DNA of 64,000 nt, from contig NZ_MWQY01000019.1 in the NCBI RefSeq assembly GCF_002087085.1, forward strand, positions 1 through 64,000, written 5' to 3'. Numbering within the stretch: position 1 is the first letter of the stretch; every line of letters begins with the position of its first letter. Both the position numbers and the translations under genes were made by a program. Positions 9,742 to 20,645 of this stretch are shown here, piece by piece. Below the pieces are notes generated by a model. It was not told the DNA's origin and did no database searches. It saw only the letters and a program-made list of their open reading frames with translations.

Positions 9742-10944
9742 TTACATGCCGTCGATAATCTCGTATGTGTCCCTGGCGATCTGCAGCTCTTCGTTGGTGG
9801 GTACAACGCAGATCGCGGTCTTTGAGTAATCCGCGGAGATTACCCCCTGGCGGTTTCCGTTTTCCCGGTTCCTTTCATCATCCAGGATTATCCCGAGACT
9901 CTCGAGACGGTGGCAGATCCGTTCCCGCATCTTTACGGAGTTTTCGCCGATACCCCCGGTAAAGACAAGGATGTCCGTCCGTACCATGTTGGCGGCAAAG
10001 GCGCCTATGTACTTGCGAATGCGATAGGCATAAACATCCAGGGCTTCCCGGCACTGCTTGTTCCCCGAGGCTGCGGCCTCCTCAATATCCCGCATATCAT
10101 TGGATATTCCCGAGAGTCCCAGCATGCCGCTCTCCTTGTTGAGAATGCGGTTAAGGTCCTCCTTGGAGAAGCCCCGCTCCATCAGATAGAATAGAATCTG
10201 CGGATCGATATCTCCCGATCTGGTTCCCATGACCACCCCTTCCAAAGGAGTAAATCCCATGGAGGTGTCCATGGATTTACCGTTGGCGATGGCGGTGATG
10301 GAGGCTCCGTTTCCCAGATGGCAGGAGATGACATTGGTGTTGGAAGGGTGCCGCTTCATCAGTTTTATGGCTTCCCCGGATACATACCGATGGCTTGTTC
10401 CGTGAAAACCGTAGCGGCGTATACGGTATTTATCGTAAAACTCCCTGGGCAGGCCGTAGAGATAGGCCGCAGGAGAAAGAGTCTGATGAAAAGCCGTATC
10501 GAAGACCGCCACCTGAGTGCAGTCCGGAAGCTGATTCATGGCTTCACGGATACCGATAAGGTTGGCGGGATTATGCAGGGGGGCAAGTTCTATGTTCTTT
10601 TCGATGGCGGCGATCACCTTGTCATCGATGGTGACGGAGGTGGAATACTCCTCGCCCCCGTGTACCACCCGGTGTCCCACACCGTGGATCTCCGCCATGG
10701 AGGAGATAAGGCCTGCCTCCCCGTCGATAAGGGCGCTTTTAAGGTGCTCCATTGCCGCTTTATGGTCCGGCATGGGTGCATTGCTGTCGTAAACCTTGCC
10801 GTCGGGACGTTTCTGACAGATATGACCCATATCCTGCCCGATCCGTTCAATCAGCCCTTTCCCGATGCTCTCCCTGTCGGGCATACGGTAAACCTCGTAT
10901 TTTATCGATGAACTGCCGCAGTTTATTACAAGGATTGTGTGCAT
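9742..10944 (-). CDS. ackA: Acetate kinase (paralogue 1)
   Basis: [50 protein letters not shown]. Confidence 0.93.
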   Translation of the reverse strand: MHTILVINCGSSSIKYEVYRMPDRESIGKGLIERIGQDMGHICQKRPDGKVYDSNAPMPDHKAAMEHLKSALIDGEAGLISSMAEIHGVGHRVVHGGEEYSTSVTIDDKVIAAIEKNIELAPLHNPANLIGIREAMNQLPDCTQVAVFDTAFHQTLSPAAYLYGLPREFYDKYRIRRYGFHGTSHRYVSGEAIKLMKRHPSNTNVISCHLGNGASITAIANGKSMDTSMGFTPLEGVVMGTRSGDIDPQILFYLMERGFSKEDLNRILNKESGMLGLSGISNDMRDIEEAAASGNKQCREALDVYAYRIRKYIGAFAANMVRTDILVFTGGIGENSVKMRERICHRLESLGIILDDERNRENGNRQGVISADYSKTAICVVPTNEELQIARDTYEIIDGM

Positions 10945-11035
10945 CAGAGGGCTCCTTCATAATTTGGTCTTACCAATTATAGACGGCAAACAGAAAAACT
11001 GCAACGTATTTTGTACCGGGCACCTTCAATTTAGT

Positions 11036-12361
11036 TCACATCCCCCCGAAACGGAAGCTTCGTCCTCCCGAAATGGAGAAGCTGAAGCCCGACTCCCCCA
11101 TGGAAAAACCGGCCCCGGTTTCCCAGTCATCAAAAATCAGAGCCAGGTCGGCTTTCATGAAAAAAAAACTCTCCTCCGGGGGCTCGCAGGACTCTTTTTC
11201 CCGGGAGATACCGGAAATGAAGGAGAGATCCAGGGGAAGTCTGCGCAGACTGAATCCTGCCCTAGCCTCTTCCAGCACATCATAGCTTACCAGGTAAGTG
11301 CCTCCCGCACAGAGACGGGTTCTCCAGGCGGCAAAGGTCCAGGGAAGGGAAAATGCAAGATTACCCGACATGGATTCCTCCCAGGTATAGAGACCCTCAT
11401 CCCTTTTTACCAGCAGATCCCGGGTAATCTCTCCCGAAAAGGCTGTGAACACCCAGGCGGCGCCCCCCTCCAGGCTGAAACGAAGGTCCGCCGGTTCCGC
11501 GCCACTGAGGGGTGGATGATCGAGGCGGACACTGCTCCTTACCAGCCCCTTTACCGGATACACCGGTAAAATCAGCAGATCAAAGGCGGAGGAAAGATTA
11601 TAGGGACTCAGACGATTCCGGGGACTGCGATAGTTCCTGTCCAGGCAGGAAAGGGCGAATCTGGTACTCAGGAGGGAGGAATCATAGAGAAGGGAGCCCC
11701 GCAGATAGCCCCCGGCGGGTTGTACACGATGCAGAGAGGCCCCGGCGAAACATGAAAGACCCGCGTGTTCCCCTTTAAGGATGAGCCGTAATCCTCCAAG
11801 CAGGAGCTCACCCTCGACCGGGACCCCCTCCCTTTGAATCCACTCATCATCCGGATCTTCCGGAATCTCAGAAAAAGAGCCGACCCCGGCCAGGCGGAGC
11901 CAGGGAAAAGGCGCAAACTCCGCTTCGATGCCCAGTTCCGGCAGCTTACCCTCCCCTTCAAGCATGGAAAACTGGATGATCCCCGGCAGTCCCAGAACAA
12001 GGGCTTCGCGGGAGGCCGGCGACCAGCTCCTCTGCAGTGAAAATGAAGGAGCATCACTGTACTTTGCAGAGGATGCAGTCTGGGCTCCGGGCTTGATAAG
12101 CTCCTGCAGGGGGCCGCGGACCGTCAGGGAACCCAGGGCCGCCCAGGGCAGGGCGAGTCCTCCGGAAAAGGAATATCCGCCCTCCTTTTCCCGGACTGCC
12201 ACAAGGCCGGCACTGAGTCTGCGATAATCCGCGGTAATTCTTCCCGCAGCTTCCCCGGGCTCCTCATAGCGGCCGGCAATCTGTACATGTACAGATGAAT
12301 CCTCGGCTGCCAGGGGGGAGCACAGACAGATCAGCATACCGAAAAAAGAGCGGAACTTCAT
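11036..12361 (-). CDS. Hypothetical exported protein, possibly an outer-membrane beta-barrel
   Basis: Signal peptide (…SPLAA); alternating Gly/aromatic strands; long ORF filling the gap between the two ackA genes. Confidence 0.5.
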   Translation of the reverse strand: MKFRSFFGMLICLCSPLAAEDSSVHVQIAGRYEEPGEAAGRITADYRRLSAGLVAVREKEGGYSFSGGLALPWAALGSLTVRGPLQELIKPGAQTASSAKYSDAPSFSLQRSWSPASREALVLGLPGIIQFSMLEGEGKLPELGIEAEFAPFPWLRLAGVGSFSEIPEDPDDEWIQREGVPVEGELLLGGLRLILKGEHAGLSCFAGASLHRVQPAGGYLRGSLLYDSSLLSTRFALSCLDRNYRSPRNRLSPYNLSSAFDLLILPVYPVKGLVRSSVRLDHPPLSGAEPADLRFSLEGGAAWVFTAFSGEITRDLLVKRDEGLYTWEESMSGNLAFSLPWTFAAWRTRLCAGGTYLVSYDVLEEARAGFSLRRLPLDLSFISGISREKESCEPPEESFFFMKADLALIFDDWETGAGFSMGESGFSFSISGGRSFRFGGM

Positions 12362-12517
12362 ACAGGATAAAACCGTCCGTCTGCCTCTTTGATTCTACTT
12401 ACTGTAAAAAATCCCGTATTCAGGCATACTTGAAAGCCGCAGGGAGTTCGTTTACACTCAAAGGAAGAACCACTTTATACACCAACGCAAAGTATCATTT
12501 TTTTTCGGAGGATTATT

Positions 12518-13861
12518 TTGACTATTCTTACCTTGAACTGCGGCTCCTCGTCGGTAAAGTATCAGCTCTACGACTGGGACAATAAAGTCATACTCGCCGC
12601 CGGTATCGTCGAAAGGGTTACCCAGCCCGGATCAGTAATTGAACACCGGAGTACCGGTAAAGAGGAAATCACCCGGGAACACGCATGTCCCACCCACAAG
12701 GAAGCCATCCAGCTCATCCTCGAAACCCTGGTTGATTCCGAGTACGGCGCCCTTTCGTCCATCGATGAGATCAGAGCCGTGGGGCACCGGGTTGTTCACG
12801 GCGGCGAGAAGTTCGCCCGCTCAGTAGTAGTGGACGGGCACGTCCTTGATTCCTTCAAGGCGATTCAGGACCTCGCTCCCCTGCACAACCCGGCAAACAT
12901 CCTGGGGATAACCTCCGCACAGGAGGTAATGCCGAATATTCCCCACTGCGCGATTATGGACACAGCATGGCACCAGACCATGCCCAAAACCTCCTACATG
13001 TACGCCCTTCCCTACAAATGGTACGAGGATCATGCCGTACGGCGCTACGGTTTTCACGGAACCTCCTTTCTCTACTGCGCGAAGCGGGCCGCCGTTCTCC
13101 TGGGAAAGGACCCCTTTGAAACGAACGTCATAATCGCCCACATCGGTAACGGATCCTCCATTAACGCGGTAAAGAACGGCGTCTCCGTGGACACATCCAT
13201 GGGTCTGACTCCCCTGGAGGGACTGATCATGGGCACCCGCTCCGGCGATATCGATCCCGCCATCCCCTTCTTCATGATGAAAAAACTCGGGCTCAGCCCC
13301 GACGAGATGGAGACGATCCTGAACAAGAAGAGCGGCGTTCTGGGAATCACGGAGAAGTATGTTGACCGCCGGGACATCGAGATGGCCGCCGCAGATGGTG
13401 ACAAAAAAGCGCAGCTTTCCATCGATATGGAATCCTACCGCCTCAAGAAGTACGTCGGTGCCTACGCCGCGGCCCTTGGCCGGGTGGACGCCCTGGTCTT
13501 TACCGCCGGCGTTGGCGAACGGGGACCCCAGGTACGGGAGAGGGTCTGCAAGGAGATGGAGCACCTGGGCATCAAGGTCGATATGAACAAGAACACCGCA
13601 TCCATGACCAGGTACGCCGAAACCGAGCTTTCCACCCCGGATTCACCGGTCAAGGTATTCGTAATTCCCACCGACGAAGAGCTGGTCATGACAGAGGACA
13701 CCTATGCCCTTCTGGAGGGGACCTACAAGGACCACACCGAGTACACCTACTACTTCCAGAATCCCAATTACGTCAACAAATCCCGCCAGGAAGCTCTCAA
13801 GAAGGACCTTGCCAAGCGGCCCGGGCTGGACAAGATTCTGGTTTATCCTCCAAAAAAGTAG
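12518..13861 (+). CDS. ackA: Acetate kinase (paralogue 2, C-terminally extended)
   Basis: [47 protein letters not shown] start after GGAGG. Confidence 0.93.
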   Translation: MTILTLNCGSSSVKYQLYDWDNKVILAAGIVERVTQPGSVIEHRSTGKEEITREHACPTHKEAIQLILETLVDSEYGALSSIDEIRAVGHRVVHGGEKFARSVVVDGHVLDSFKAIQDLAPLHNPANILGITSAQEVMPNIPHCAIMDTAWHQTMPKTSYMYALPYKWYEDHAVRRYGFHGTSFLYCAKRAAVLLGKDPFETNVIIAHIGNGSSINAVKNGVSVDTSMGLTPLEGLIMGTRSGDIDPAIPFFMMKKLGLSPDEMETILNKKSGVLGITEKYVDRRDIEMAAADGDKKAQLSIDMESYRLKKYVGAYAAALGRVDALVFTAGVGERGPQVRERVCKEMEHLGIKVDMNKNTASMTRYAETELSTPDSPVKVFVIPTDEELVMTEDTYALLEGTYKDHTEYTYYFQNPNYVNKSRQEALKKDLAKRPGLDKILVYPPKK

Positions 13862-13884
13862 AAGAGTCTGCAATTGTCATATTC

Positions 13885-13913
13885 ACCGCCGGTCAAACGC
13901 CGGCGGTTTTTTT
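13885..13913 (+). terminator. Rho-independent terminator after ackA-2
   Basis: accgccgg-tcaaacg-ccggcggt stem followed by a T run. Confidence 0.85.
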
Positions 13914-13977
13914 ATATCCGGGCAGATCTAAAAAACGCGGTATTCCTGTTGCAGGCAGGGCGGAGGGATTTATACTA

Positions 13978-14025
13978 TTGACGATCCCATCCTGCTGGTA
14001 TACATTAAATTTAACCATCTGGTTA
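13978..14025 (+). promoter_or_regulatory. tetR promoter (TTGACG-17-TACATT) with downstream operator TAACCAtcTGGTTA
   Basis: Sigma70-like boxes at 13978-13983 and 14001-14006; perfect 6-2-6 palindrome at 14012-14025. Confidence 0.7.
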
Positions 14026-14055
14026 GTTTTCTCTTGAAGTAAAGGAGCAGTAGTA

Positions 14056-14730
14056 GTGGCAAAAACACCGGAGAGAGGTTCTCCTGACGCAACTGCCCGG
14101 GAGAAATCACCCGATTCAAGAAACCGGATACTCACGGCGGCGGAAAAACTTTTTGCAGATAAAGGTTTCAGCGGCGCACGGGTGGATGACATAGCCAGAC
14201 AGGCACGGGTAAACAAGGCTCTGATCTACTACTACTTCAAAAGCAAGGAAGACATCCTGGAAGAGCTTATGGAGACGCTGATCAACGAAGCCATGGAGGT
14301 GGTCAACGGTATCGTGCCCCGGGACTTCTCCCTTGAGTCTCTCTCTTCTCCGGAAGAGCGTGAAAAGATCATGCAGCCCCTCTTCGGCTTTCTCCGCAAG
14401 AGGGCGAACCTCCTGAAAATACTCCTCGCCGAATCCCTGAAAGAGTCTTCCCATAATGAAACGGTATTCCGGCTTATTTCCGCCATTGTGGAGCGTCAGA
14501 ACGAGTTCTTCAGACGGTTCAACATGCCCGCTCCCAACGAGGAAAACAAAGCTCATCAAATTGTCGGAGAGTTTTTTACCGGCTTGCTTCCTCTGGCCGG
14601 CTACTTTGCCATGGAGGAACGCTGGAGCGCCTTTCTTGATATATCCCGGGACCAGCTGTGGGATATTTTCCTGAAATCCTTTATCAGTTCCCATGTCAGC
14701 TACACCATCGAAGGTATAGCAAAGGGCTGA
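14056..14730 (+). CDS. TetR/AcrR family transcriptional regulator
   Basis: ILTAAEKLFADKGF...DIARQARVNKALIYYYFKSKE HTH. Confidence 0.95.
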   Translation: MAKTPERGSPDATAREKSPDSRNRILTAAEKLFADKGFSGARVDDIARQARVNKALIYYYFKSKEDILEELMETLINEAMEVVNGIVPRDFSLESLSSPEEREKIMQPLFGFLRKRANLLKILLAESLKESSHNETVFRLISAIVERQNEFFRRFNMPAPNEENKAHQIVGEFFTGLLPLAGYFAMEERWSAFLDISRDQLWDIFLKSFISSHVSYTIEGIAKG

Positions 14731-14747
14731 AAGGTTGAAATTTCCCC

Positions 14748-14802
14748 TTGACTTAACTAAACAGTTAGTATAATACTATAAATATAACTAACTATTTGGT
14801 TA
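14748..14802 (+). promoter_or_regulatory. MMPL operon promoter with two TAAC-N6-GTTA operators
   Basis: TTGACT at 14748 and TATAAT at 14769 (15-bp spacer, short); taactaaacagtta at 14754-14767 and taactatttggtta at 14789-14802. Confidence 0.65.
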
Positions 14803-14813
14803 AGGATGTGTTT

Positions 14814-17561
14814 ATGGCCCTTCTGCAAAGACCGGGGGAAATACTGACCCTTCAGATAATCCGGAAAAAATGGTGGATTATCGGTGTTTCTGCGGCGCTT
14901 CTGCTGCTCAGTCTGTTTTTCTCCCAGAGGATCCTTATACGAACCCAGTTAAAGGACCTGCTTCCCGAATCCAACCAGCGGGTCACCAGCTACAACAGAA
15001 TCAGCGAGCTTTTCAGCACCAGCTCGATAATCCTCAGCTTCGAAGGAGACAGCAGAACGGAAATACTGCGGGCTGCCCGGGATGCCAGGGACTATTTGGA
15101 GCATGACCCGGGTATCTCGCCTTTTATAGAGACAATCCAGCTGGAATTGCCTGGTGATTTTATTGAACGCTGGGGACTCTACATGCAGAAGGCCGATGAT
15201 ATTCGCCGCAGCCGGGATATGTTTTCCAGGTTGAATCTGCTCCCCTTTATAGAGGCCCTGAACGATAATCTCGAAGCCAGCTACACCGGAGACTCTGCCG
15301 AAGAGGAGATCCTGACCAATCAGGATGAATGGGAAATGGTCGGGACGATGTCGAACATGGAACGCGCATTACTGCTCCTCCGGGATTACCTGGAAAACCC
15401 CGATACCGGAACCCCGGCGGAAAGGGCCGAAGAACTGGCTGCCATCCTGGCCATAGGCGACACCTATACCTTTGACCCGGAAGGCACAATGCTTCTTATG
15501 ACCCTGGTGCCGTCATTTTCGATATCCGACTACGACAGACTGCTCAGCATGATGCCGGAATTCCGGCGGGTGTTCGGGGAGATTACCAGGCGTCATCCGG
15601 GGGTCCGGATCGGTTATACCGGGGACCTGACCAGAGAGTTCGACGAACAGGCGGCATTGAGCTTCGACCTGCTGGTTCCCAGTCTGATTGCACTGCTTCT
15701 GATCCTTATTCTGTTTGTCTTCTCCTTTCAGCAGATACGGGCGGTGCTCCTTGCCCTTATATCCCTCGTCGTCGGAATTCTTTTCGACGTGGGGATAATC
15801 GGCATTACCCTCAGGGAGTTGAACATCCTGACAACCTCCTTCGCGGTTATTCTGATCGGCCTTGGAATCGATTTTGCCATCCATGTTATCTCAAACTTCA
15901 CCGACTATCGCGGCCGGGGCATGGATGAGGAGGATGCCATGACGGAGACCTTTAAAAAAGCCGGAGGATCCATTCTTATCGGCGGAATTACCACGGCCAT
16001 TGCATTTTTCATGCTGATGTTTTCAGACTCCAGGGCAATCAGCCAGTTTGGTTTTATCGCAGGCTGCGGAATCCTTACATGCCTGGCCTCGACATTGATT
16101 CTGCTTCCGGCGCTGCTGCTTGTGTTCGGTGCAAAACAGAATCAGACAAACCATACGTACATTATCGATTACCGCTTTCTCGGTTCCCTGGGAGGATTCT
16201 GCCGGAAACGCAGAATCCCGGTGCTTGCGGCGTCAATCATAGTTGCAGCGCTCCTTGCCGTCAGTGCCGCCGGAAACAGGGTTGAATACAATATCGAGAA
16301 CCTGACGGTTACCGACTCCCCCTCCTCGATCACCGAAAACCGTATCCGAGAAAAATTCAACCTCTCCCCCCAGGCGAGCATGACGACGGCCGCATCCATC
16401 GAGGAGGCCCGGGATTTGAGTGATACTCTGAAACAGGAGTTTCTGGTGGCCAGAGTAAGTTCGGTTGCGGATTTTATCCCCTCTCCCGGGGAGTCGCAAG
16501 AGCGCCTTAAAGAACTGTCGCTGTTTCGACAGGATCCGCCCGGCTACCGGAAGGAGTACCGCTACGATAACGAAGGGCTGGATAATCTTGTGTATGAGAT
16601 ACAGAGGCTTGAATGGAACATGATCGAGATCGGAGATCTGTCGGTCGCCAATCTCGGAGAAGAGAACATGATTCTGAAGAAACGGAATTCCATGATTCGC
16701 GAGATCTTCGGCGCCGAAGTCGGCCGTCCCGGCAGAGAGGTTTTTCAGAAGCTCATCAATACTCTGGAAGCTGACCGGGACAGAAGCATGCGGCTCCTGG
16801 AAAGACTGGATACCCATTTTGCCCCGGCAATGCTGAAGCTCCTGCAGCCCATGATGCAGACAGTACGGCCCATGGAGATAAGGGATATTCCGGAAAGTTA
16901 CAGCCGTGAATTAATAAGCCGGGACGGGAAACAGTTCCTGATATCCATTCAGCCCACCGAAGCTGTTGCCAGGGAGGCGGAGTTCATGAGCTTCGACCGC
17001 AGGATGGCAGAAATCAATCCCGCCATTACCGGAACCGTACAGATGGCCATAGACTGGACCCGGGAGATGGTTACAGAATCCCGGAGAGCATCAGTCTACG
17101 TTTTTGCCGCCATCCTTCTCCTGCTGCTCCTGACATTCCGAAAGCTCCTTCCCACTCTGATTGCCGCACTTTTTCTGCTGATCTCCCTGGTCATCATGTT
17201 CGGACTCTTCCCCATTCTGGGTATTCGGCTGAACCTGATGAGCGTGCTTGCGCTGCCCATGATTATCGGAATGGGAATAGACTACGCGGTCCATATTATT
17301 CACCGCTACATGCTGGAAGGGGACATCGAAACAACCATGACCTGGTCAGGCAAGGCAGTCCTTCTTTCGGGAGTAACAACCGGGTTCGGATTCGGTTCCC
17401 TGGCACTCTTCGGCAGCATGGCGGCTGTTTCCAGTTTTGGCGAGGCCCTTTTTATCGGGGTCATGGTCTGTCTGGTCCTTACATTAACATTTTTACCCGC
17501 GGTCTCGGGATTTCCTGCTCTTTTAGGCCGCGGCAATCAAAACACAATCGGGAGGCAGTGA
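14814..17561 (+). CDS. MMPL/RND family transporter
   Basis: Two halves with TM bundles, GLGIDFAIH and GMGIDYAVH motifs, large periplasmic loops. Confidence 0.9.
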   Translation: MALLQRPGEILTLQIIRKKWWIIGVSAALLLLSLFFSQRILIRTQLKDLLPESNQRVTSYNRISELFSTSSIILSFEGDSRTEILRAARDARDYLEHDPGISPFIETIQLELPGDFIERWGLYMQKADDIRRSRDMFSRLNLLPFIEALNDNLEASYTGDSAEEEILTNQDEWEMVGTMSNMERALLLLRDYLENPDTGTPAERAEELAAILAIGDTYTFDPEGTMLLMTLVPSFSISDYDRLLSMMPEFRRVFGEITRRHPGVRIGYTGDLTREFDEQAALSFDLLVPSLIALLLILILFVFSFQQIRAVLLALISLVVGILFDVGIIGITLRELNILTTSFAVILIGLGIDFAIHVISNFTDYRGRGMDEEDAMTETFKKAGGSILIGGITTAIAFFMLMFSDSRAISQFGFIAGCGILTCLASTLILLPALLLVFGAKQNQTNHTYIIDYRFLGSLGGFCRKRRIPVLAASIIVAALLAVSAAGNRVEYNIENLTVTDSPSSITENRIREKFNLSPQASMTTAASIEEARDLSDTLKQEFLVARVSSVADFIPSPGESQERLKELSLFRQDPPGYRKEYRYDNEGLDNLVYEIQRLEWNMIEIGDLSVANLGEENMILKKRNSMIREIFGAEVGRPGREVFQKLINTLEADRDRSMRLLERLDTHFAPAMLKLLQPMMQTVRPMEIRDIPESYSRELISRDGKQFLISIQPTEAVAREAEFMSFDRRMAEINPAITGTVQMAIDWTREMVTESRRASVYVFAAILLLLLLTFRKLLPTLIAALFLLISLVIMFGLFPILGIRLNLMSVLALPMIIGMGIDYAVHIIHRYMLEGDIETTMTWSGKAVLLSGVTTGFGFGSLALFGSMAAVSSFGEALFIGVMVCLVLTLTFLPAVSGFPALLGRGNQNTIGRQ

Positions 17562-17562
17562 A

Positions 17563-18297
17563 ATGAGTAAAATGAAAGCGCTGTTCGCGATGCTGGTATG
17601 TGCATCCGCGGTATGGCCGGAAACAGCTCTGGAGATTATACGCAGGGTAGACGAAAGACAGTATTCGAAAACATCGGAACAGACGATGCTGATGAGGGTA
17701 TACCCGAGCATGGCGAGCGATTCAGGTCTTCGGGAGTTCAGGATCTCCAGTGTCAGCAGGGGAAATGACGAGACCTTCATGGTGTTCGAGGAACCCCGGA
17801 CCATCAAGGGAATGAAAATCCTCTCCAGGGGTGACGATCGCTGGGTACATTTTCCATCCACCGGACGGGTACGCAAGATAGTCGGAGAATCGAAAAAACA
17901 GTCCGTACAGGGAGTAGGCGGCGACTTTTCCTATGAGGATCTGGGGGGCGGAACCCTGGAAGAGGACTACCGTACACGCCTGGTGGATGAGTCGGGATCA
18001 ATGTACATAATAGAAGGCATCCCTGTTCAGGACGATTCCGCCTATACCCGGGTTGTGTTCGAGATCGAGAAAGGGAGCTACAGGATACTGAAGATGGAAT
18101 TTCACACGGAAAAAGAAGGTCACCTTAAGGACCTGTTTTTCAGGGACTATACAGTCATGGGGGGCAGGGAAATCGCCGGCAGCATGGAGATGATCAACCT
18201 CGAGAGGGAACGCAGGACGAGGGTCCTGATCCTTGAAGCACGTTTCGACAGAGCTGTTGATGAAAAGCTTTTCAATCCCACCCGTTTCTACCGCTGA
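17563..18297 (+). CDS. Outer-membrane lipoprotein-sorting (LolA-like) protein
   Basis: Signal peptide; F..P..IKG..IL, RVRKI and GGDFSYEDL patterns typical of MMPL-associated LolA-like proteins. Confidence 0.8.
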   Translation: MSKMKALFAMLVCASAVWPETALEIIRRVDERQYSKTSEQTMLMRVYPSMASDSGLREFRISSVSRGNDETFMVFEEPRTIKGMKILSRGDDRWVHFPSTGRVRKIVGESKKQSVQGVGGDFSYEDLGGGTLEEDYRTRLVDESGSMYIIEGIPVQDDSAYTRVVFEIEKGSYRILKMEFHTEKEGHLKDLFFRDYTVMGGREIAGSMEMINLERERRTRVLILEARFDRAVDEKLFNPTRFYR

Positions 18298-18311
18298 CAG
18301 GGGAGAATCGG

Positions 18312-19586
18312 ATGAGATGCTGCAGAAAGACCTGCGGACTCCTGTGTGTGCTCCTGATTGCCCTCGCCTTTTCGGGCTGGGGGGATCCCTCTTCCCCCGA
18401 GATCTACGGTTACCTGGAAAGCGGAACAGGCCTGACCAGTTATACCGACGACGATTCCGCCGACACGTGGAAGCCGGGGGCCTATACCAGGCTCCGTTTA
18501 AAAGGAGACTGGGAACCGGAGGAGAGACTGCGCTTCCATCTTGAGACGGAGTGGACAACGCTTCATGGAACGGATAGTCCGGATTTCAGCGCCGGACGTC
18601 TTGGCCTTGACAGCCTCAGCGGCTGGGAAGCCTCGGATACCGGGGAGCTGCAGGTCGAGCATGCCTGGGGACTCCTTGACCTGGGGAACTTTGACCTCCA
18701 GGCTGGAAAGATTCCCCTGGCCTGGGGAACAGCCTATGTGTTTAATCCCAGCGCACGGGTAAATCCTGCGGATTCCCTGAATCCCGGGGGGGACGAAGAA
18801 ACTCCGGGTATAACGGGGATCAGCTCTTCCATCTACCTGAAGAATGGAGTTACACTTTCGACATACCTGGCGGCGGAGGACCGGGGAAGAAAGGCTGACC
18901 CGGATATGATTGCGCATAATGCCGCAAATATCCCCTGGGGAACACGGATCAGAGGTTTTGCCGGTCCCTTCGACCTTTCTCTGGGAATCCTTCGGGAGAT
19001 TCTGTATGATACCCGGACCTCAGGCTACGAACGCCCCCTCTGGCTCAGCTCCGACGGTGTCGGCACTATCGCCGGAATAAATCTCTACTGGGAAGCAGCC
19101 CTCTGCATCAGCGATCCTTCGGGGGATCCTGCTGATGGTTCCTGGGATTTTAAGGATAATCTGGAATTTGCGGCGGGTTTCCATGCCCTGCCGTCCGTGC
19201 TGCAGGGAGTGGAAGTCCGGGGAGAGTATTTTTTCCAGGGCACAGGCAGCAGCCGCGAAAGCGGGTATGAGGTGCTGCCGGTACTGGAGGGAACCAGGAA
19301 AGTCATGGGGAGGCATTACCTCTTCGGCTACCTGGAAAAACGCTTTTTTGACTATCATCTTGTATCCTGCGGTTCAGTACTGAACACAGGGGACCTCTCA
19401 GGGGCGGTTTTTTCCGAATACAGCTGGGAGCTTACGGCAAACAGCAGATTCTCCCTGGGATCGATTATGTATTACGGCAGCGGGGAGTTTCAGGGGCTTA
19501 TTGACCTGTCAATTCTCGGGACCGGAACAGGTTCCGTGGATATGGCAGGAAACCGGATATACGCTGAGCTCCGGATAAGCTTCTGA
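18312..19586 (+). CDS. Putative outer-membrane beta-barrel protein of the MMPL operon
   Basis: Signal peptide; GKIPLAWGTAYVFNP motif; C-terminal Phe (ELRISF). Confidence 0.65.
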   Translation: MRCCRKTCGLLCVLLIALAFSGWGDPSSPEIYGYLESGTGLTSYTDDDSADTWKPGAYTRLRLKGDWEPEERLRFHLETEWTTLHGTDSPDFSAGRLGLDSLSGWEASDTGELQVEHAWGLLDLGNFDLQAGKIPLAWGTAYVFNPSARVNPADSLNPGGDEETPGITGISSSIYLKNGVTLSTYLAAEDRGRKADPDMIAHNAANIPWGTRIRGFAGPFDLSLGILREILYDTRTSGYERPLWLSSDGVGTIAGINLYWEAALCISDPSGDPADGSWDFKDNLEFAAGFHALPSVLQGVEVRGEYFFQGTGSSRESGYEVLPVLEGTRKVMGRHYLFGYLEKRFFDYHLVSCGSVLNTGDLSGAVFSEYSWELTANSRFSLGSIMYYGSGEFQGLIDLSILGTGTGSVDMAGNRIYAELRISF

Positions 19587-19615
19587 TACGAAAGACCGCG
19601 TTCACCCCCGGGCAA

Positions 19616-20374
19616 TCAGCAAAACATCATCTCATGGGTTTCGGAAGTACCGTAACCCTCTATCTCTTCCCGGAAAAGCCCCTTCCCCGTCATGGCGGCA
19701 CGGACAATACGTCTGTTAAAAGCATGGGTATCAGGACTGTTCAGAAACTCCTCCACGGGCATCCAGAGACACTCGAAAATCTCCCTGCTGTCCGGAATAA
19801 TCTCGAAAGAGAGGGCTTTCAGACGGCAGACAAAATAGATATCCGACTTGTCGTAGCGGTAACCGTGCCAGTGGCGAAAGCACGCGGTATAGAGGAATTC
19901 AGTCCGTATGCCCGTTTCCTCAAGGACCTCCCTGACCACTGCTTCGGCGATGTGCTCACCCTGCTCCAGGGCGCCGCCGGGGAGCTTGTAATGCCGTTTC
20001 GATCTGAGGTGATAGCGCTCGGAGACCACCAGAAGACGATTATCTCCGTCCAGAACCACACCGCCGGCCCCGATATAGTGGGTGGCATAGGGCGGGATAA
20101 TAGAGCCCGGTATCAGGGTCAGGGTCATGTGAAGATACTCAGGCTCCGCGTGATGATAGACAAAGCCCCTCTGGGCAGCGACAGGCACAAGAGATGCCAG
20201 GGGAAGGGGCAGCGTAAGCCAGACCACCTTTATGTTCCGGCTGTTCAACTCTTTTATAACTGCGTCAAGCGTACGGGTAAACACCCCGGGGTTGTCAGGC
20301 AGGGAGACAGGATCGATTACAGCCCCGCCGAAGGGATTCAGCTCATAGGAAAGTACACACATGGGAGCTACCAT
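19616..20374 (-). CDS. NUDIX hydrolase (NUDT6-like, with N-terminal pre-Nudix domain)
   Basis: Nudix box GGALEQGEHIAEAVVREVLEETG; GFVYHHAE and THYIGAGG motifs. Confidence 0.85.
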   Translation of the reverse strand: MVAPMCVLSYELNPFGGAVIDPVSLPDNPGVFTRTLDAVIKELNSRNIKVVWLTLPLPLASLVPVAAQRGFVYHHAEPEYLHMTLTLIPGSIIPPYATHYIGAGGVVLDGDNRLLVVSERYHLRSKRHYKLPGGALEQGEHIAEAVVREVLEETGIRTEFLYTACFRHWHGYRYDKSDIYFVCRLKALSFEIIPDSREIFECLWMPVEEFLNSPDTHAFNRRIVRAAMTGKGLFREEIEGYGTSETHEMMFC

Positions 20375-20440
20375 AACCGGAAGTCAGACATAAATACAAG
20401 CATTGACACTGCACCCCCTTCCGGTTATTTTATTTTCATA

Positions 20441-20535
20441 CACCTTGGGGTGCCGGAATTGGCCGGCTGAGAGGGGGGCCCGCAAAGTCCCCGACCCACG
20501 AACCTGATCCGGATAATGCCGGCGTAGGAAAGCGT
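20441..20535 (+). ncRNA. TPP riboswitch aptamer
   Basis: ggggtgc...gctgagag...gaccc..gaacctgatccggataatgccggcgtaggaa consensus, upstream of thi genes. Confidence 0.93.
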
Positions 20536-20645
20536 GAGGTTGATTCTTCCATCATCCAATCATACATACCTACCCAACCGGATCTCAAAACCACTGTCCG
20601 ATCCTGAAGACCCAGGTCGTGTACAGGTATCGGAAAGGAGATCCT

